Shown one piece after another: positions 60,096 to 64,000 of a DNA stretch of 64,000 nt (position 1 is its first letter; each line of letters opens with the position of its first letter). The DNA is from a bacterium (GTDB lineage: Bacteria; UBA10199; 2-02-FULL-44-16; JAAZCA01), in assembly GCA_963674695.2 (NCBI GenBank), contig CAXXGI010000001.1:64001-128000 (forward strand), in the 5' to 3' direction. Both the position numbers and the translations under genes were made by a program. The notes under the pieces were generated by a model, which worked only from the letters and a program-made list of their open reading frames with translations, was not told the DNA's origin and did no database searches.

Positions 60096-62028
60096 TACTC
60101 GCTTCCTTCACCTCGTTGAGCTTGCCCCCGGCCGTCACGATGGTGCGTTGACGGTCGGAGAGATCGGCCTTGCAGCGATAGGTCTTGCCCTTGGTCGCAT
60201 TGACGATCTCGACCGGCCCGCCCTTCTCGATCGCTGCACGCCAGCCGGCCACCTCGAGTTTGTCCCCCTGCGCGATGGTATCGAAGTCGCCCGGATTTTC
60301 GAAGGTGAGCGGCACGATGCCGAAGTTGATCAGGTTGGCCGCGTGGATGCGCTCGAAGGATTTTGCCAGCACCGCCTTCACGCCCAGATACATCGGACAG
60401 AGCGCGGCGTGCTCGCGCGAAGAACCCTGGCCGTAGGACTCGCCGGCGACGATCACGTTCTGCACGCCCGCATCGCGGTTTTTCGCGCAGCGCTCGTGGA
60501 AGGAGGCGTCGACATTTTCGAAGACGAAGGTCGAATACTTCTCGACGTTCGAACGATATTTGAGCCTGGGGCCCGCCGGCATGATGTGATCGGTGGTGAT
60601 CTTATCGCCCACGACGATGGCGGCCTCGCCTGCGAGATTTTCCGACATCGGGGCATTTTTCGGCGGCGACCCGATGTTCGGACCGCGCAGAATTTCGGTC
60701 TTCCGCATCTCCGTCGTCGGAAAGATGAACATCCCGTCGTCGATGAGATATTCCTTCGGCATCGTCACGCTCGGATACGCGCCGAGATCCCGCGGATCGG
60801 CGAACACGCCCGTAAGCGCCGCGGCGGCCGCAACCTCGCAGCTGGTCAGATAGACCTGCGCGTCCTTCGTGCCGCTGCGTCCCTCGAAGTTGCGGTTGAC
60901 CGTGCGGATGGAGACACCATTAGAATTGGGCGAGAAGTGGTTTCCGATGCAGAAACCGCAGGCGCTCTCCAAGATGCGCGCGCCCGCGTCGATCAGGTCG
61001 CTCAAATACCCCTCGCGCGCGAGCATCGCCATCACCTGTCGCGAGCCAGGCGCCACGCCGAGCGTCACACTCGGATTCACCTTCTTGCCCTTCAGGATTT
61101 TGGCGACGGTGACGAGATCTTTGTAGGAGGAGTTGGTGCAGGAACCGATGCAGACCTGATCGACCTTCATGCCGGCGAGCTCAGAGATCGGCTTCACGTT
61201 TCCCGGACTGTGCGGGCAGGCCGCCAACGGCTCGATCTCGGAGAGATTGAGATCGATCACGCGATCATAAGCGGCATCGGCATCGGCGATGAGCTCCACC
61301 CAATCCTTCTCGCGACCCTGGGCCTTCAAAAACGCGCGGGTCTCATCATCCGACGGAAAAATCGATGTGGTCACGCCCATCTCCGCGCCCATGTTCGTGA
61401 TCGTCGCGCGCTCGGGAACGGTGAGGGTCGCCACGCCCGGGCCGGCGTATTCGAGCATGACGCCGACGTTCCCCTTCGTCGTGAGGATCGAGAGCATCTT
61501 GAGGACGACATCCTTGGCCGTCACCCAGGGTTTCAACTCGCCGGTGAGGTTGACCTGATAGACCTTCGGTGCGGTGAGATAGAAGAGGCCGCCGCCCATG
61601 GCGACCGCTACATCCAGACCGCCGGCGCCGATGGCGATCTGCCCGATACCGCCGCCGGTCGGCGTGTGCGAATCGCTGCCGAGCATCGTCGTGCCCGGTT
61701 TGCCAAAGCGCTCCAAGTGCACCTGGTGACAGATACCGTTTCCGGGGCGCGAGAAGACGATGCCGTTTCGGGCCGCTACCGTCTGCAGGTAGCGATGGTC
61801 GTCGGCGTTTTCAAACCCGACCTGCACCGTGTTGTGGTCGACATAGGAGACGGAGAGGTCGGTCTTCACTCCAACCATCCCCATCGCTTCAAACTGCAGA
61901 TAGGCCATCGTACCGGTGGCATCCTGCGTGAGCGTCTGATCGATGCGAATGCCGATTTCATTTCCCGCCTGAAGTTCCCCCTCGCGCAGATGCGACGCGA
62001 GTACTTTCTGCACCACGTTCTGACCCAT
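60088..62028 (-). CDS. Aconitate hydratase (short ~645-aa type)
   Basis: TQDATGTMA, GICHQVH, GSDSHT, IGSCTNSS, CGFCIG, NRNFEGR, TTDHIMP and GSSREHAA motifs. Confidence 0.93.
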   Translation of the reverse strand: MGQNVVQKVLASHLREGELQAGNEIGIRIDQTLTQDATGTMAYLQFEAMGMVGVKTDLSVSYVDHNTVQVGFENADDHRYLQTVAARNGIVFSRPGNGICHQVHLERFGKPGTTMLGSDSHTPTGGGIGQIAIGAGGLDVAVAMGGGLFYLTAPKVYQVNLTGELKPWVTAKDVVLKMLSILTTKGNVGVMLEYAGPGVATLTVPERATITNMGAEMGVTTSIFPSDDETRAFLKAQGREKDWVELIADADAAYDRVIDLNLSEIEPLAACPHSPGNVKPISELAGMKVDQVCIGSCTNSSYKDLVTVAKILKGKKVNPSVTLGVAPGSRQVMAMLAREGYLSDLIDAGARILESACGFCIGNHFSPNSNGVSIRTVNRNFEGRSGTKDAQVYLTSCEVAAAAALTGVFADPRDLGAYPSVTMPKEYLIDDGMFIFPTTEMRKTEILRGPNIGSPPKNAPMSENLAGEAAIVVGDKITTDHIMPAGPRLKYRSNVEKYSTFVFENVDASFHERCAKNRDAGVQNVIVAGESYGQGSSREHAALCPMYLGVKAVLAKSFERIHAANLINFGIVPLTFENPGDFDTIAQGDKLEVAGWRAAIEKGGPVEIVNATKGKTYRCKADLSDRQRTIVTAGGKLNEVKEASKR

Positions 62029-62353
62029 ATCAGCCTCCCCGTTTCGTTTTTGGCACAAAAAAAACCGGGGTCACATGGCCCCTTCACCCATCAGGTCTGC
62101 CTTGAGGATTTCCCCGGCATTCCGCGTGAATGAAACAGCTTGTGACTCCGATTACGCATGTCCTTTGAACGATCGGCTTAATTAACGTTCCCTGGGCGCC
62201 GGCCGCCATCAAACGCCTACCCGTATATAGAAGCCCCCCTCTTTTGTACACCCCCTTTTTCGATGTTTTTTTTCGCAACCGCTCCGCCAATTGGCCTGGT
62301 CATCCCTCATCAACGGTGCTACCCATCCAACACCCTGAACCATTGGAGTTTTT

Positions 62354-63085
62354 TTGCACCATCCCCACCGACACCTTTCGACGATCGATTCCACGCATCG
62401 CTGGTGCATCGAACACGCCCATGAGCTTGCCGACGGCACGATCATCACGGCTGAGGTTCAGACCGAAGGATGCGGACGTCGCGGGCGCACCTGGATCTCG
62501 CCGCCGGGCGATTCACTCCTGGCCTCGATGATGCTCAAGCCCGCAATCGCACCCCAACAGGCGACGCTCGCAACCCCGATTCTGGCCATCGCTGTGGTCG
62601 ATGCGTTGGCAGCGCAAGGTCTTGCGACTCAGATTCGCTGGCCCAACGACGTGGTCGTAGCCGAGCGCAAGATCGCCGGCATTCTGGCGCAAGCGATCCT
62701 CGAGGGGGAGCAGCTCACCTCCCTGGTCATCAGCGTCGGCATCAACGGCAACCAGGATGAGGCAACGCTCTCCGCGATCGACCGTCCGGCAACATCATAT
62801 CGGTGTGAGACGGGACGAACGATCGCACCCGAGGGGCTGCTGACCGCGCTCGTCGACGCCTTCGACCCGCTCTGGGACCTCTTCCTGCGCGAAGGATTCG
62901 AACCCATCGCCGGGAGATGGCGTTCCCATCAGGTTTTGCTTGGCCTCCACGTCGATCTTGATCTCGGCGAAAAAAGATGTTCAGGAACGGTCGTCGCTTT
63001 TCCCGACGACGGCTCGATCGAGATTGAAATCTCGCCGGGAGAACGGCGACGCTTTCATGCAGGCGAAATCGTGCGGGTAGCATAA
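62354..63085 (+). CDS. birA: Biotin-protein ligase lacking the N-terminal HTH
   Basis: IDST, QTEGCGRRGRTWISP, RWPND and KIAGIL motifs; C-terminal SH3-like domain. Confidence 0.88.
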   Translation: MHHPHRHLSTIDSTHRWCIEHAHELADGTIITAEVQTEGCGRRGRTWISPPGDSLLASMMLKPAIAPQQATLATPILAIAVVDALAAQGLATQIRWPNDVVVAERKIAGILAQAILEGEQLTSLVISVGINGNQDEATLSAIDRPATSYRCETGRTIAPEGLLTALVDAFDPLWDLFLREGFEPIAGRWRSHQVLLGLHVDLDLGEKRCSGTVVAFPDDGSIEIEISPGERRRFHAGEIVRVA

Positions 63086-63134
63086 GTAAGGGTATTGACC
63101 ATGGGCTATACGAATCGGCGTCAAACCTGGTAGT

Positions 63135-63257
63135 TGTCATCCCCGCGAAGGCGGCTGTGCCCGCCGGTTTTGTGGAGGGGGATCTCGATCGGCAATCACA
63201 ATCGAGATTCCCGCTGGAGCCTGCCCCCGAATGATTGAATCGGGGGCGGGAATGACA
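63135..63257. repeat. TGTCAT...ATGACA REP-like element with inserts in both sub-hairpins
   Basis: Same scaffold as 29384-29454 (tgtcatccccgcgaa..ggggatctcgat..cgagattcccgc..gcgggaatgaca) plus two insertions. Confidence 0.8.
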
Positions 63258-63287
63258 TCGAGCGGAAAACCGCTTAAGGAGATACTG

Positions 63288-63530
63288 ATGATCACCGACG
63301 GATTGGAAATCATGGTCGTGGGCATGGGAACGGTATTCGCCCTGCTCATCTTTATCGTTATTGCTATCGCCATCGCCTCGCGCATCCTGCACGCCTGTGG
63401 CTGCCAGGTGCAGACACCGGCAGCGGCAACGGCTCCCACGAAGAAACCGCATTGTGGCGCTATCGCCGCCATCGCCGCGGCGCTGACCCTGTATCGCCGC
63501 AAACAGCACAAGGACGGCTCCCATGACTGA
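63288..63530 (+). CDS. oadG: Na+-translocating decarboxylase gamma subunit
   Basis: [18 protein letters not shown] motif, Pro/Ala linker and IAAIAAAL C-terminal motif; TAAGGAG RBS. Confidence 0.85.
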   Translation: MITDGLEIMVVGMGTVFALLIFIVIAIAIASRILHACGCQVQTPAAATAPTKKPHCGAIAAIAAALTLYRRKQHKDGSHD

Positions 63531-64000
63531 ACACCGAAAAGTAGGCATCACCGAGGTGGTCCTGCGCGACGCGCACCAATCGCTCCTGGCCACGCGCATG
63601 CGCACCGCCGACATGCTCGCCATCGCGGAGAAGATCAACCGCGTGGGCTATTGGTCGGTCGAGTGCTGGGGCGGAGCGACCTTCGATTCCTGCATCCGCT
63701 TCCTTCGCGAGGACCCCTGGGAGCGCATCCGGCTGCTCAAGAAGGCCATGCCCGACACGCGCCTGCAGATGTTGCTGCGCGGGCAGAATATCCTCGGCTA
63801 TCGGCACTATGCCGATGATGTCGTCGATGCCTTCGTCGAACGCGCGGCAGCAGGCGGCGTGGACGTCTTTCGCATCTTCGATGCCCTCAACGACACGCGC
63901 AATCTGCAGCGCGCCATCGCCGCGGTGAAGCAGACGGACAAACACGCGCAGGGCACCATCTCCTATACGGTCAGCCCCTTCCACACCAACGAGCGCTTCA
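63523..64000 (+). CDS. oadA: Oxaloacetate decarboxylase alpha subunit (partial)
   Basis: Manual translation: [53 protein letters not shown]; runs off the window end. Confidence 0.92.
   Translation, partial: MTEHRKVGITEVVLRDAHQSLLATRMRTADMLAIAEKINRVGYWSVECWGGATFDSCIRFLREDPWERIRLLKKAMPDTRLQMLLRGQNILGYRHYADDVVDAFVERAAAGGVDVFRIFDALNDTRNLQRAIAAVKQTDKHAQGTISYTVSPFHTNERF

Noticed and set aside
59917-62133. 738-aa ORF beginning with (VHRSPFT)n
   Set aside because: Translation of the microsatellite joined to the antisense frame of aconitase; no RBS and no protein-like features.

Overview
High-GC bacterial chromosomal segment; the gene content (VegA-like protein, PrkA-YeaH-SpoVR operon, sigma-54-type promoters) suggests a deltaproteobacterial or Myxococcota-like host, which is an inference. 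About 1-37 kb is mostly core genes: ligA (partial), an M16 peptidase, a cation-chloride cotransporter homologue, an HhH-GPD glycosylase, an HD-GYP regulator, an MNT-HEPN toxin-antitoxin pair, intein-containing spoVR with yeaH and prkA, mlaDFE, yggS, an RND transporter, pepF, a metal-chelate ABC transporter and typA. An ~11.3 kb integrative element (37215-48527) is bounded by 26-bp direct repeats of a CAU-anticodon tRNA fragment, with no intact tRNA at either end. It carries a tyrosine integrase, an excisionase-like HTH, a serine recombinase, a type I restriction-modification system and a small-terminase-like ORF, so it resembles a phage satellite. Immediately to its right, two ~238-bp hairpin elements with terminal inverted repeats bracket a HigBA-like module like a miniature composite transposon, followed by a third partial copy and accessory genes. 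The right end holds a citrate cluster: eukaryote-like two-subunit ATP citrate lyase, aconitase, birA and oadG/oadA. Throughout the window are modular 7-9-nt tandem repeats and nested hairpins at gene junctions, some inside reading frames and some with compensatory base changes between copies; these are the least explained signal. All product calls come from motif recognition by eye; no database searches were run.
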